Source of the DNA: Balanoglossus misakiensis
Lineage: Eukaryota > Animalia > Hemichordata
Assembly: GCA_040954595.2 (NCBI GenBank)
Contig: CM082581.2
Span: 1,356,699 to 1,420,698, forward strand
Length of the DNA stretch: 64,000 nucleotides
Direction: 5' to 3'
Every line of letters starts with the position of its first letter. Position 1 is the stretch's first letter. Under the pieces are notes generated by a model. The model had not been told where the DNA came from. It saw only the letters and a program-made list of their open reading frames with translations, and did not search any database. Positions 24,401-39,400 of this stretch are shown here, one piece after another. The translations under genes and the position numbers were made by a program.

Positions 24401-27400
24401 TTTTCACCCATGATTTTTTTCAAAAATCGACGAAATGTTGAGATTTTGCAAAGTCGAAAATTTTGTCATTTTTTGATGATTTTCAACCATGATTTTTTTC
24501 AAAAATCGACTAAATGTTGAGATTTTGCAAAGTCGAAAATGTGTCATTTTTTGATGATTTTCACCCGTTTTTTTTTCAAAATTTGTCATTTTTTCATGAT
24601 TTTCAACCATGATTTTTTTTCAAAAATCGACGAAATTTTGTGATTTTACAAAGTCGAAAATTTTGTCATTTTTTGATGATTTTCAACCATGATTTTTCTT
24701 CAAAAATCGACGAAAATTTGAGATTTTGCAAAGACGAAAATTTGTCATTTTTGATGATTTTTACCCATGATTTTTTTTCAAAAATGGACGAAATTTTGAG
24801 ATTTTGCAAAGACGAAAATTTGTCATTTTTTGATGATTTTCACCCATGATTTTTTTCAAAAATCGATGAAATTTTGAGATTTTGCAGTAAAAAAATTGTC
24901 ATTTTTTGATGATTTTCACCCATGATTTTTTTCAAAATTGACGAAATTTTGAGATTTTGCAGTCGAAAATTTGTCATTTTTTGATCATTTTCCCCCATGA
25001 TTTTTTTCAAAAATCGACGAAATTTTCAGATTTTGCAAAGTCGAAAATTTGTCATTTTTTCATGATTTTCACCCATGATTTTTTCAAAAATCGACGAAAT
25101 TTTGAGATTTTGCAGTCGAAAATTTGTCATTTTTTGATGGTTTTCACCCATGATTTTTTTTCAAAAATCGACGAAATTTTGAGATTTTGCAAAGTCGAAA
25201 ATGTGTCATTTTTTGATGATTTTCACCCGTTTTTTTTTCAAAATTTGTCATTTTTTCATGATTTTCACCCATGATTTTTTTCAAAAATCGACGAAATTTT
25301 GAGATTTTGCAAAGTCGAAAATTTGTCATTTTTTGATGATTTTCACCCATGATTTTTTTCAAAAATCGACGAAATTTTGAGATTTTGCAAAGTCGAAAAT
25401 GTGTCATTTTTTGATGATTTTCACCCATGTTTTTTTTTTTTTAAATCGACGAACCTATGATTTTTTTCAAAATCGACGAAATTTTGTGATTTTGCAAAGT
25501 CGAAAATTTTGTCATTTTTTGATGATTTTCAACCATGATTTTTTTTCAAAAATCGACGAAATTTTGAGATTTTGCAAAATCGAAAATTTGTCATTTTTTG
25601 ATGATTTTCCCCCAATGGTTTTTTTCAAAATCGACGAAATTTTGAGATTTTGCAAAGTCGAAAATTTGTCATTTTTTGATGATTTTCCCCCATGATTTTT
25701 TTTCAAAAATGGACGAAATTTTGAGATTTTGCAAAGAGGAAAATGTGTCATTTTTTGATGATTTTCACCCGTTTTTTTTCAAAATTTGTCATTTTTTGAT
25801 GATTTTCACCCATGATTTTTTTTCAAAAATCGACGAAATTTTGAGATTTTGCAAAGTCGAAAATGTGTCATTTTTTGATGATTTTCACCCATGATTTTTT
25901 TCAAAAATCGACGAAATTTTGAGATTTTGCGAAGTCGAAAATTTGTCATTTTTTGATGATTTTCACCCATGATTTTTTTCAAAAATCGACGAAATGTTGA
26001 GATTTTGCAAAGTCGAAAATTTGTCATTTTTTGATGATTTTCACCCATGATTTTTTTCAAAAATCGACGAAATGTTGAGATTTTGCAAAGAGGAAAATTT
26101 GTCATTTTTTCATGATTTTCCCCCATGATTTTTTTCAAAAATCGACGAAATTTTGAGATTTTGCAAAGTCGACGAAAATGTGTCATTTTTTGATGATTTT
26201 CAACCGTTTTTTTTCAAAATTTGTCATTTTTTGATGATTTTCACCCATGTTTTTTTTTTAAAAAATCGACGAACCTATGATTTTTTTCAAAATCGACGAA
26301 ATTTTGAGATTTTGCGAAGTCGAAAATTTGTCATTTTTTGATGATTTTCACCCATGATTTTTTTCAAAAATCGACGAAATGTTGAGATTTTGCAAAGTCG
26401 AAAATTTGTCATTTTTTGATGATTTTCACCCATGATTTTTTTCAAAAAACGACGAAATGTTGAGATTTTGCAAAGTCGAAAATTTTGTCATTTTTTGATG
26501 ATTTTCAACCATGATTTTTTTCAAAAATCGACTAAATGTTGAGATTTTGCAAAGTCGAAAATGTGTCATTTTTTGATGATTTTCACCCGTTTTTTTTTCA
26601 AAATTTGTCATTTTTTCATGATTTTCAACCATGATTTTTTTTCAAAAATCGACGAAATTTTGTGATTTTACAAAGTCGAAAATTTTGTCATTTTTTGATG
26701 ATTTTCAACCATGATTTTTTTTCAAAAATCGACGAAAATTTGAGATTTTGCAAAGACGAAAATTTGTCATTTTTGATGATTTTTACCCATGATTTTTTTT
26801 CAAAAATGGACGAAATTTTGAGATTTTGCAAAGACGAAAATTTGTCATTTTTTGATGATTTTCACCCATGATTTTTTTTCAAAAATCGACGAAATTTTGA
26901 GATTTTGCAAAGTCGTAAATGTGTCATTTTTTGATGATTTTCACCAGTTTTTTTTTTCAAAATTTGTCATTTTTTCATGATTTTCCCCCATAATTTTTTT
27001 CAAAAATCGACGAAAATTTGAGATTTTGCAGAGACGAAAATTTGTCATTTTTTATGATTTTTACCCATGATTTTTTTTCAAAAATGGACGAAATTTTGAG
27101 ATTTTGCAAAGACGAAAATTTGTCATTTTTTGATGATTTTCACCCATGATTTTTTTTCAAAAAACGACGAAATTTTGAGATTTTGCAAAGAGGAAAATTT
27201 GTCATTTTTTCTTGATTTTCACCCATGATTTTTTTCAAAAATCGACGAAATTTTGAGATTTTGCAAAGAGGAAAATTTGTCATTTTTTCATGATTTTCCC
27301 CCATGATTTTTTTCAAAAATCGACGAAAATTTGAGATTTTGCAAAGACGAAAATTTGTCATTTTTGATGATTTTTACCCATGATTTTTTTTCAAAAATGG

Positions 27401-30400
27401 ACGAAATTTTGAGATTTTGCAAAGACGAAAATTTGTCATTTTTTGATGATTTTCACCAATGATTTTTGTTCAAAAAACGACGAAATTTTGAGATTTTGCA
27501 GAGGAAAATGTGTCATTTTTTGATGATTTTCACCCGTTTTTTTTTCAAAATTTGTCATTTTTTGATGATTTTCTCCCATGATTTTTTTCAAAAATTGACG
27601 AAATTTTGAGATTTTGCAAAGTCGAAAATTTGTCATTTTTTGATGATTTTCACCCATGTTTTTTTTCAAAAATCGACGAAATTTTGAGATTTTGCAAAGT
27701 CGAAAATTTGTCATTTTTTGATGATTTTCCCCCATGTTTTTTTTTTTAAATGGACGAAATTTTGAGATTTTGCAAAGACGAAAATTTGTTATTTTTTGAT
27801 GATTTTCACCCATGATTTTTTCAAAAATTGACGAAATTTTGAGATTTTGCAAAGTCGAAAATTTGTCATTTTTGATGATTTTCACACATGATTTTTTTCA
27901 AAAATCGACGAAATTGTGAGATTTTGCAAAGACGAAAATTTGTCATTTTTTGATGATTTTTACCCATGATTTTTTTTCAAAAATGGACGAAATTTTGAGG
28001 TTTTGCAAAGTCGAAAATTTGTCATTTTTTGATGATTTTCACACATGATTTTTTTCAAAAATGGACGAAATTTTGAGATTTTGCAAAGTCGAAAATTTGT
28101 CATTTTTTGATGATTTTCCCCCATGATTTTTTTTCAAAAATGGACGAAATTTTGAGATTTTGCAAAGACGAAAATTTGTCATTTTTTGATGATTTTCACC
28201 CATGATTTTTTTTCAAAAATCGACGAAATTTTGAGATTTTGCAAAGTCGAAAATGTGTCATTTTTTGATGATTTTCACCCGTTTTTTTTCAAAATTTGTC
28301 ATTTTTTGATGATTTTCACCCATGATTTTTTTTCAAAAATCGACGAAATTTTGAGATTTTGCAAAGTCGAAAATGTGTCATTTTTTGATGATTTTCACCC
28401 ATGATTTTTTTCAAAAATCGACGAAATTTTGAGATTTTGCGAAGTCGAAAATTTGTCATTTTTTGATGATTTTCACCCATGATTTTTTTCAAAAATCGAC
28501 GAAATGTTGAGATTTTGCAAAGTCGAAAATTTGTCATTTTTTGATGATTTTCACCCATGATTTTTTTCAAAAATCGACGAAATGTTGAGATTTTGCAAAG
28601 TCGAAAATTTTGTCATTTTTTGATGATTTTCAACCATGATTTTTTTCAAAAATCGACTAAATGTTGAGATTTTGCAAAGTCGAAAATGTGTCATTTTTTG
28701 ATGATTTTCACCCGTTTTTTTTTCAAAATTTGTCATTTTTTCATGATTTTCAACCATGATTTTTTTTCAAAAATCGACGAAATTTTGTGATTTTACAAAG
28801 TCGAAAATTTTGTCATTTTTTGATGATTTTCAACCATGATTTTTTTTCAAAAATCGACGAAAATTTGAGATTTTGCAAAGACGAAAATTTGTCATTTTTG
28901 ATGATTTTTACCCATGATTTTTTTTCAAAAATGGACGAAATTTTGAGATTTTGCAAAGACGAAAATTTGTCATTTTTTGATGATTTTCACCCATGATTTT
29001 TTTTCAAAAATCGACGAAATTTTGAGATTTTGCAAAGTCGTAAATGTGTCATTTTTTGATGATTTTCACCAGTTTTTTTTTTCAAAATTTGTCATTTTTT
29101 CATGATTTTCCCCCATGATTTTTTTCAAAAATCGACGAAAATTTGAGATTTTGCAGAGACGAAAATTTGTCATTTTTTATGATTTTTACCCATGATTTTT
29201 TTCAAAAAACGACGAAATTTTGAGATTTTGCAAAGAGGAAAATTTGTCATTTTTTCATGATTTTCACCCATGATTTTTTTCAAAAATCGACGAAATTTTG
29301 AGATTTTGCAAAGAGGAAAATTTGTCATTTTTTCATGATTTTCCCCCATGATTTTTTTCAAAAATCGACGAAAATTTGAGATTTTGCAAAGACGAAAATT
29401 TGTCATTTTTGATGATTTTACCCATGATTTTTTTTCAAAAATGGACGAAATTTTGAGATTTTGCAAAGACGAAAATTTGTCATTTTTTGATGATTTTCAC
29501 CAATGATTTTTGTTCAAAAAACGACGAAATTTTGAGATTTTGCAGAGGAAAATGTGTCATTTTTTGATGATTTTCACCCGTTTTTTTTTTCAAAATTTGT
29601 CATTTTTTGATGATTTTCTCCCATGATTTTTTTCAAAAATTGACGAAATTTTGAGATTTTGCAAAGTCGAAAATTTGTCATTTTTTGATGATTTTCACCC
29701 ATGTTTTTTTTCAAAAATCGACGAAATTTTGAGATTTTGCAAAGTCGAAAATTTGTCATTTTTTGATGATTTTCCCCCATGTTTTTTTTTTTAAATGGAC
29801 GAAATTTTGAGATTTTGCAAAGACGAAAATTTGTCATTTTTTGATGATTTTCACCCATGATTTTTTCAAAAATTGACGAAATTTTGTGATTTTGCAAAGT
29901 CGAAAATTTGTCATTTTTGATGATTTTCACACATGATTTTTTTCAAAAATCGACGAAATTGTGAGATTTTGCAAAGACGAAAATTTGTCATTTTTTGATG
30001 ATTTTTACCCATGATTTTTTTTCAAAAATGGACGAAATTTTGAGGTTTTGCAAAGTCGAAAATTTGTCATTTTTTGATGATTTTCACACATGATTTTTTT
30101 CAAAAATCGACGAAATTGTGAGATTTTGCAAAGACGAAAATTTGTCATTTTTTGATGATTTTTACCCATGATTTTTTTTCAAAAATGGACGAAATTTTGA
30201 GGTTTTGCATAGTCGAAAATTTGTTATTTTTTGATGATTTTCACCCATGTCTTTTTTTAAAAATCGACGAAATTTTGAGATTTTGCAAAGAGGAAAATTT
30301 GTCATTTTTTCATGATTTTCCCCCATGATTTTTTTCAAAAATCGACGAAATTTTGAGATTTTGCAAAGTCGACGAAAATGTGTCATTTTTTGATGATTTT

Positions 30401-33400
30401 CAACCGTTTTTTTTTCAAAATTTGTCATTTTTTTGATGATTTTCACCCATGTTTTTTTTTTTAAAAATCGACGAACCTATGATTTTTTTCAAAATCGACG
30501 AAATTTTGTGATTTTACAAAGTCGAAAATTTTGTCATTTTTTGATGATTTTCAACCATGATTTTTTTTCAAAAATCGACGAAAATTTGAGATTTTGCAAA
30601 GACGAAAATTTGTCATTTTTGATGATTTTTACCCGTGATTTTTTTTCAAAAATGGACGAAATTTTGAGATTTTGCAAAGACGAAAATTTGTCATTTTTTG
30701 ATGATTTTCACCCATGATTTTTTTTCAAAAATCGACGAAATTTTGAGATTTTGCAAAGAGGAAAATTTGTCATTTTTTCATGATTTTCCCCCATGATTTT
30801 TTCAAAAATCGACGAAATTTTGTGATTTTACAAAGTCGAAAATTTTGTCATTTTTTGATGATTTTCTCCCATGATTTTTTTCAAAAATTGACGAAATTTT
30901 GAGATTTTGCAAAGTCGAAAATTTGTCATTTTTGATGATTTTTACCCATGATTTTTTTTCAAAAATGGACGAAATTTTGAGATTTTGCAAAGACGAAAAT
31001 TTGTCATTTTTTGATGATTTTCACCAATGATTTTTTTTCAAAAAACGACGAAATTTTGAGATTTTGCAGAGGAAAATGTGTCATTTTTTGATGATTTTCA
31101 CCCGTTTTTTTTCAAAATTTGTCATTTTTTGATGATTTTCACCCATGTTTTTTTTTAAAAAAATCGACGAACCTATGATTTTTTTCAAAATCGACGAAAT
31201 TTTGTGATTTTACAAAGTCGAAAATTTTGTCATTTTTTGATGATTTTCAACCATGATATTTTTTCAAAAATCGACGAAAATTTGAGATTTTGCAAAGACA
31301 AAAATTTGTCATTTTTGATGATTTTTACCCATGATTTTTTTTTAAAAATGGACGAAATTTTGAGATTTTGCAAAGAGGAAAATTTGTCATTTTTTCATGA
31401 TTTTCCCCCATGATTTTTTTCAAAAATCGACGAAATTTTGTGATTTTACAAAGTCGAAAATTTTGTCATTTTTTGATGATTTTCAACCATGATTTTTTTT
31501 CAAAAATCGACGAAAATTTGAGATTTTGCAAAGACGAAAATTTGTCATTTTTGATGATTTTTACCCATGATTTTTTTTCAAAAATGGACGAAATTTTGAG
31601 ATTTTGCAAAGACGAAAATTTGTCATTTTTTGATGATTTTCACCCATGATTTTTTTTCAAAAATCGACGAAATTTTGAGATTTTGCAAAGTCGTAAATGT
31701 GTCATTTTTTGATGATTTTCACCAGTTTTTTTTTTCAAAATTTGTCATTTTTTGATGATTTTCTCCCATGATTTTTTTCAAAAATTGACGAAATTTTGAG
31801 ATTTTGCAAAGTCGAAAATTTGTCATTTTTGATGATTTTTACCCATGATTTTTTTTCAAAAATGGACGAAATTTTGAGATTTTGCAAAGACGAAAATTTG
31901 TTTTTTTTTGATGATTTTCACCAATGATTTTTTTTCAAAAAACGACGAAATTTTGAGATTTTGCAGAGGAAAATGTGTCATTTTTTGATGATTTTCACCC
32001 GTTTTTTTTTCAAAATTTGTCATTTTTTGATGATTTTCTCCCATGATTTTTTTCAAAAATTGACGAAATTTTGAGATTTTGCAAAGTCGAAAATTTGTCA
32101 TTTTTTGATGATTTTCACCCATGATTTTTTTCAAAAATCGACGAAATTTTGAGATTTTGCAAAGTCGAAAATTTGTCATTTTTTGATGATTTTCAACCAT
32201 GATTTTTTTCAAAAATCGACGAAATTTTGAGATTTTGCAAAGAGGAAAATTTGTCATTTTTTCATGATTTTCCCCCATGATTTTTTTCAAAAATCGACGA
32301 AAATTTGAGATTTTGCAAAGACGAAAATTTGTCATTTTTGATGATTTTTACCCATGATTTTTTTTCAAAAATGGACGAAATTTTGAGATTTTGCAAAGAC
32401 GAAAATTTGTCATTTTTTGATGATTTTCACCCATGATTTTTTTTCAAAAATCGACGAAATTTTGAGATTTTGCAAAGAGGAAAATTTGTCATTTTTTCAT
32501 GATTTTCCCCCATGATTTTTTTAAAAAATCGACGAAATTTTGTGATTTTACAAAGTCGAAAATTTTGTCATTTTTTGATGATTTTCAACCATGATTTTTT
32601 TTCAAAAATCGACGAAAACTTGAGATTTTGCAAAGACGAAAATTTGTCATTTTTGATGATTTTTACCCATGATTTTTTTTCAAAAATGGACGAAATTTTG
32701 AGATTTTGCAAAGACGAAAATTTGTCATTTTTTGATGATTTTCACCCATGATTTTTTTAAAAATCGACGAAATTTTGAGATTTTGCAAAGTCGACGAAAA
32801 TGTGTCATTTTTTGATGATTTTCACCCGTTTTTTTTCAAAATTTGTCATTTTTTGATGATTTTCACCCATGTTTTTTTTTAAAAAAATCGACGAACCTAT
32901 GATTTGTTTCAAAATCGACGAAATTTTGTGATTTTACAAAGTCGAAAATTTTGTCATTTTTTGATGATTTTCAACCATGATTTTTTTTCAAAAATCGACG
33001 AAAATTTGAGATTTTGCAAAGACGAACATTTGTCATTTTTGATGATTTTTACCCATGATTTTTTTTCAAAAATGGACGAAATTTTGAGATTTTGCAAAGA
33101 CGAAAATTTGTCATTTTTTGATGATTTTCACCCATGATTTTTTTTCAAAAATCGACGAAATTTTGAGATTTTGCAAAGAGGAAAATTTGTCATTTTTTCA
33201 TGATTTTCCCCCATGATTTTTTTAAAAAATCGACGAAATTTTGTGATTTTACAAAGTCGAAAATTTTGTCATTTTTTGATGATTTTCAACCATGATTTTT
33301 TTTCAAAAATCGACGAAAACTTGAGATTTTGCAAAGACGAAAATTTGTCATTTTTGATGATTTTTACCCATGATTTTTTTTCAAAAATGGACGAAATTTT

Positions 33401-36400
33401 GAGATTTTGCAAAGACGAAAATTTGTCATTTTTTCATGATTTTCCCCCATGATTTTTTTAAAAAAATCGACGAAATTTTGTGATTTTACAAAGTCGAAAA
33501 TTTTGTCATTTTTTGATGATTTTCAACCATGATTTTTTTTCAAAAATCGACGAAAACTTGAGATTTTGCAAAGACGAAAATTTTGTCATTTTTGATGATT
33601 TTTACCCATGATTTTTTTTCAAAAATGGACGAAATTTTGAGATTTTGCAAAGACGAAAATTTGTCATTTTTTCATGATTTTCCCCCATGATTTTTTTAAA
33701 AAATCGACGAAATTTTGTGATTTTACAAAGTCGAAAATTTTGTCATTTTTTGATGATTTTCAACCATGATTTTTTTTCAAAAATCGACGAAAATTTGAGA
33801 TTTTGCAAAGACGAAAATTTGTCATTTTTGATGATTTTTACCCATGATTTTTTTTCAAAAATGGACGAAATTTTGAGATTTTGCAAAGACGAAAATTTGT
33901 CATTTTTTGATGATTTTCACCCATGATTTTTTTTCAAAAATCGACGAAATTTTGAGATTTTGCAAAGAGGAAAATTTGTCATTTTTGATGATTTTTACCC
34001 ATGATTTTTTTTCAAAAATGGACGAAATTTTGAGATTTTGCAAAGACGAAAACTTGTCATTTTTTGATGATTTTCACCCATGTCTTTTTTTAAAAATCGA
34101 CGAAATTTTGAGATTTTGCAAAGAGGAAAATTTGTCATTTTTTCATGATTTTCCCCCATGATTTTTTTCAAAAATCGACGAATTTTGAGATTTTGCAAAG
34201 TCGACGAAAATGTGTCATTTTTTGATGATTTTCACCCGTTTTTTTTTCAAAATTTGTCATTTTTTGATGATTTTCACCCATGTTTTTTTTAAAAAAATCG
34301 ACGAACCTATGATTTGTTTCAAATCGACGAAATTTTGTGATTTTACAAAGTCGAAAATTTTGTCATTTTTTGATGATTTTCAACCATGATTTTTTTTCAA
34401 AAATCGACGAAAATTTGAGATTTTGCAAAGACGAAAATTTGTCATTTTTGATGATTTTTACCCATGATTTTTTTTCAAAAATGGACGAAATTTTGAGATT
34501 TTGCAAAGACGAAAATTTGTCATTTTTTGATGATTTTCACCCATGATTTTTTTTCAAAAATCGACGAAATTTTGAGATTTTGCAAAGAGGAAAATTTGTC
34601 ATTTTTTCATGATTTTCCCCCATGATTTTTTTAAAAAATCGACGAAATTTTGTGATTTTACAAAGTCGAAAATTTTGTCATTTTTTGATGATTTTCAACC
34701 ATGATTTTTTTTCAAAAATGGACGAAATTTTGAGATTTTGCAAAGACGAAAATTTGTCATTTTTTGATGATTTTCACCCATGATTTTTTTTCAAAAATCG
34801 ACGAAATTTTGAGATTTTGCAAAGTCGTAAATGTGTCATTTTTTGATGATTTTCACCAGTTTTTTTTTTCAAAATTTGTCATTTTTTCATGATTTTCCCC
34901 CATGATTTTTTTCAAAAATCGACGAAAATTTGAGATTTTTTGATGATTTTCACCAATGATTTTTTTTCAAAAAACGACGAAATTTTGAGATTTTGCAGAG
35001 GAAAATGTGTCATTTTTTGATGATTTTCACCGTTTTTTTTTCAAAATTTGTCATTTTTTGATGATTTTCACCCATGTTTTTTTTTTAAAAATCGACGAAC
35101 CTATGATTTTTTTCAAAATCGACGAAATTTTGTGATTTTACAAAGTCGAAAATTTTGTCATTTTTTGATGATTTTCAACCATGATTTTTTTTCAAAAATC
35201 GACGAAAATTTGTCATTTTTTGATGATTTTCACCCATGATTTTTTTTCAAAAATCGACGAAATTTTGAGATTTTGCAAAGAGGAAAATTTGTCATTTTTT
35301 CATGATTTTCCCCCATGATTTTTTTAAAAAATCGACGAAATTTTGTGATTTTACAAAGTCGAAAATTTTGTCATTTTTTGATGATTTTCAACCATGATTT
35401 TTTTCAAAAATCGACGAAAACTTGAGATTTTGCAAAGACGAAAATTTGTCATTTTTGATGATTTTTACCCAATATTTTTTTTTCAAAAATGGACGAAATT
35501 TTGAGATTTTGCAAAGACGAAAATTTGTCATTTTTTCATGATTTTCCCCCATGATTTTTTTAAAAAATCGACGAAATTTTGTGATTTTACAAAGTCGAAA
35601 ATTTTGTCATTTTTTGATGATTTTCAACCATGATTTTTTTTCAAAAATCGACGAAAACTTGAGATTTTGCAAAGACGAACATTTTGTCATTTTTGATGAT
35701 TTTTACCTATGATTTTTTTTCAAAAATGGACGAAATTTTGAGATTTTGCAAAGACGAAAATTTGTCATTTTTTCATGATTTTCCCCCATGATTTTTTTAA
35801 AAAATCGACGAAATTTTGTGATTTTACAAAGTCGAAAATTTTGTCATTTTTTGATGATTTTCAACCATGATTTTTTTTCAAAAATCGACGAAAACTTGAG
35901 ATTTTGCAAAGACGAAAATTTGTCATTTTTGATGATTTTTACCCATGATTTTTTTTCAAAAATGGACGAAATTTTGAGATTTTGCAAAGACGAAAATTTG
36001 TCATTTTTTGATGATTTTCACCCATGTCTTTTTTTAAAAATCGACGAAATTTTGAGATTTTGCAAAGAGGAAAATTTGTCATTTTTTCATGATTTTCCCC
36101 CATGATTTTTTTCAAAAATCGACGAAATTTTGAGATTTTGCAAAGTCGACGAAAATGTGTCATTTTTTGATGATTTTCACCCGTTTTTTTTTCAAAATTT
36201 GTCATTTTTTGATGATTTTCACCCATGTTTTTTTTAAAAAAATCGACGAACCTATGATTTGTTTCAAAATCGACGAAATTTTGTGATTTTACAAAGTCGA
36301 AAATTTTGTCATTTTTTGATGATTTTCAACCATGATTTTTTTTCAAAAATCGACGAAAATTTGAGATTTTGCAAAGACGAAAATTTGTCATTTTTGATGA

Positions 36401-39400
36401 TTTTTACCCATGATTTTTTTTCAAAAATGGACGAAATTTTGAGATTTTGCAAAGACGAAAATTTGTCATTTTTTGATGATTTTCACCCATGATTTTTTTT
36501 CAAAAATCGACGAAATTTTGAGATTTTGCAAAGAGGAAAATTTGTAATTTTTTCATGATTTTCCCCCATGATTTTTTTAAAAAATCGACGAAATTTTGTG
36601 ATTTTACAAAGTCGAAAATTTTGTCATTTTTTGATGATTTTCAACCATGATTTTTTTTCAAAAATCGACGAAAATTTGAGATTTTGCAAAGACGAAAATT
36701 TGTCATTTTTGATGATTTTTACCCATGATTTTTTTTCAAAAATGGACGAAATTTTGAGATTTTGCAAAGACGAAAATTTGTCATTTTTTGATGATTTTCA
36801 CCCATGATTTTTTTTCAAAAATCGACGAAATTTTGAGATTTTGCAAAGAGGAAAATTTGTCATTTTTTCATGATTTTCCCCCATGATTTTTTTAAAAAAT
36901 CGACGAAATTTTGTGATTTTACAAAGTCGAAAATTTTGTCATTTTTTGATGATTTTCAACCATGATTTTTTTTCAAAAATCGACGAAAACTTGAGATTTT
37001 GCAAAGACGAAAATTTGTCATTTTTGATGATTTTTACCCATGATTTTTTTTCAAAATTTGTCATTTTTTCATGATTTTCCCCCATGATTTTTTTCAAAAA
37101 TCGACGAAAATTTGAGATTTTGCAAAGACGAAAATTTGTCATTTTTGATGATTTTTACCCATGATTTTTTTTCAAAAATGGACGAAATTTTGAGATTTTG
37201 CAAAGACGAAAATTTGTCATTTTTTGATGATTTTCACCAATGATTTTTTTTCAAAAAACGACGAAATTTTGAGATTTTGCAGAGGAAAATGTGTCATTTT
37301 TTGATGATTTTCACCGTTTTTTTTTTCAAAATTTGTCATTTTTTGATGATTTTCACCCATGTTTTTTTTTTAAAAATCGACGAACCTATGATTTTTTTCA
37401 AAATCGACGAAATTTTGTGATTTTACAAAGTCGAAAATTTTGTCATTTTTTGATGATTTTCAACCATGATTTTTTTAAAAAATCGACGAAATTTTGTGAT
37501 TTTACAAAGTCGAAAATTTTGTCATTTTTTGATGATTTTCAACCATGATTTTTTTTCAAAAATCGACGAAAACTTGAGATTTTGCAAAGACGAAAATTTG
37601 TCATTTTTGATGATTTTTACCCATGATTTTTTTTCAAAAATGGACGAAATTTTGAGATTTTGCAAAGACGAAAATTTGTCATTTTTTCATGATTTTCCCC
37701 CATGATTTTTTTAAAAAAATCGACGAAATTTTGTGATTTTACAAAGTCGAAAATTTTGTCATTTTTTGATGATTTTCAACCATGATTTTTTTTCAAAAAT
37801 CGACGAAAACTTGAGATTTTGCAGAGAGGAAAATTTGTCATTTTTTCATGATTTTCCCCCATGATTTTTTTCAAAAATCGACGAAATTTTGAGATTTTGC
37901 AAAGTCGAAAATTTGTCATTTTTTGATGATTTTCACCCATGATTTTTTCAAAAATTGACGAAATGTTGAGATTTTGCAAAGTCGAAAATTTGTCATTTTT
38001 TGATGATTTTCACCCATGATTTTTTTCAAAAATGGACGAAATTTTGAGATTTTGCAAAGAGGAAAATTTGTCATTTTTTCATGATTTTCCCCCATGATTT
38101 TTTTCAAAAATCGACGAAATTTTGAGATTTTGCAAAGTCGAAAATTTTGTCATTTTTTGATGATTTTTCAACCATGATTTTTTTTCAAAAATCGACGAAA
38201 ATTTGAGATTTTGCAAAGATGAAAATTTGTCATTTTTGATGATTTTTACCCATAATTTTTTTTCAGAAATGGACGAAATTTTGAGATTTTGCAAAGACGA
38301 AAATTTGTCATTTTTTGATGATTTTCACCCATGATTTTTTTTCAAAAATCGACGAAATTTTGAGATTTTGCAAAGTCGAAAATGTGTCATTTTTTGATGA
38401 TTTTCACCCGGTTTTTTTTCAAAATTTGTCATTTTTTGATGATTTTTACCCATGATTTTTTTTCAAAAATGGACGAAATTTTGAGATTTTGCAAAGTCGA
38501 AAATTTGTTATTTTTTGATGATTTTCACCCGTCTTTTTTTAAAAATCGACGAACTTTTGAGATTTTGCAAAGAGGAAAATTTGTCATTTTTTTCATGATT
38601 TTCCCCCATGATTATTTTCAAAAATCGACGAAATTTTGAGATTTTGCAAAGTCGACGAAAATGTGTCATTTTTTGATGATTTTCACCCGTTTTTTTTCAA
38701 AAATCGACGAAATTTTGAGATTTTGCAAAATCGAAAATTTGTCATTTTTTGATGATTTTCACCCATGATTTTTTTTCAAAAATCGACGAAATTTTGAGAT
38801 TTTGCAAAGTCGTAAATGTGTCATTTTTTGATGATTTTCACCCGGTTTTTTTTCAAAAATCGACGAAATTTTGAGATTTTGCAAAGTCGTAAATGTGTCA
38901 TTTTTTGATGATTTTCACCCGTTTTTTTTTCAAAATTTGTCATTTTTTTATGATTTTCACCCATGATTTTCTTCAAAAATCGACGAAATTTTGAGATTTT
39001 GCAAAGTCGAAAATTTGTCATTTTTTGATGATTTTCACCTATGATTTTTTTCAAAAATCAACAAAATTTTGAGATTTTGCAAAGTCGAAAATTTGTCATT
39101 TTTTGATGATTTTCACCCATGATTTTTTTTCAAAAATCGACGAAATTTTGAGATTTTGCAAAGTCGAAAATGTGTCATTTTTTGATGATTTTCACCCGTT
39201 TTTTTTTCAAAATTTGTCATTTTTTGATGATTTTTACCAATGATTTTTTTTCAAAAATGGACGAAATTTTGAGATTTTGCAAAGTCGAAAATTTGTTATT
39301 TTTTGATGATTTTCACCCATGTCTTTTTTTAAAAATCGACGAAATTGTGAGATTTTGCAAAGACGAAAATTTGTCATTTTTTGATGAATTTTACCCATGA

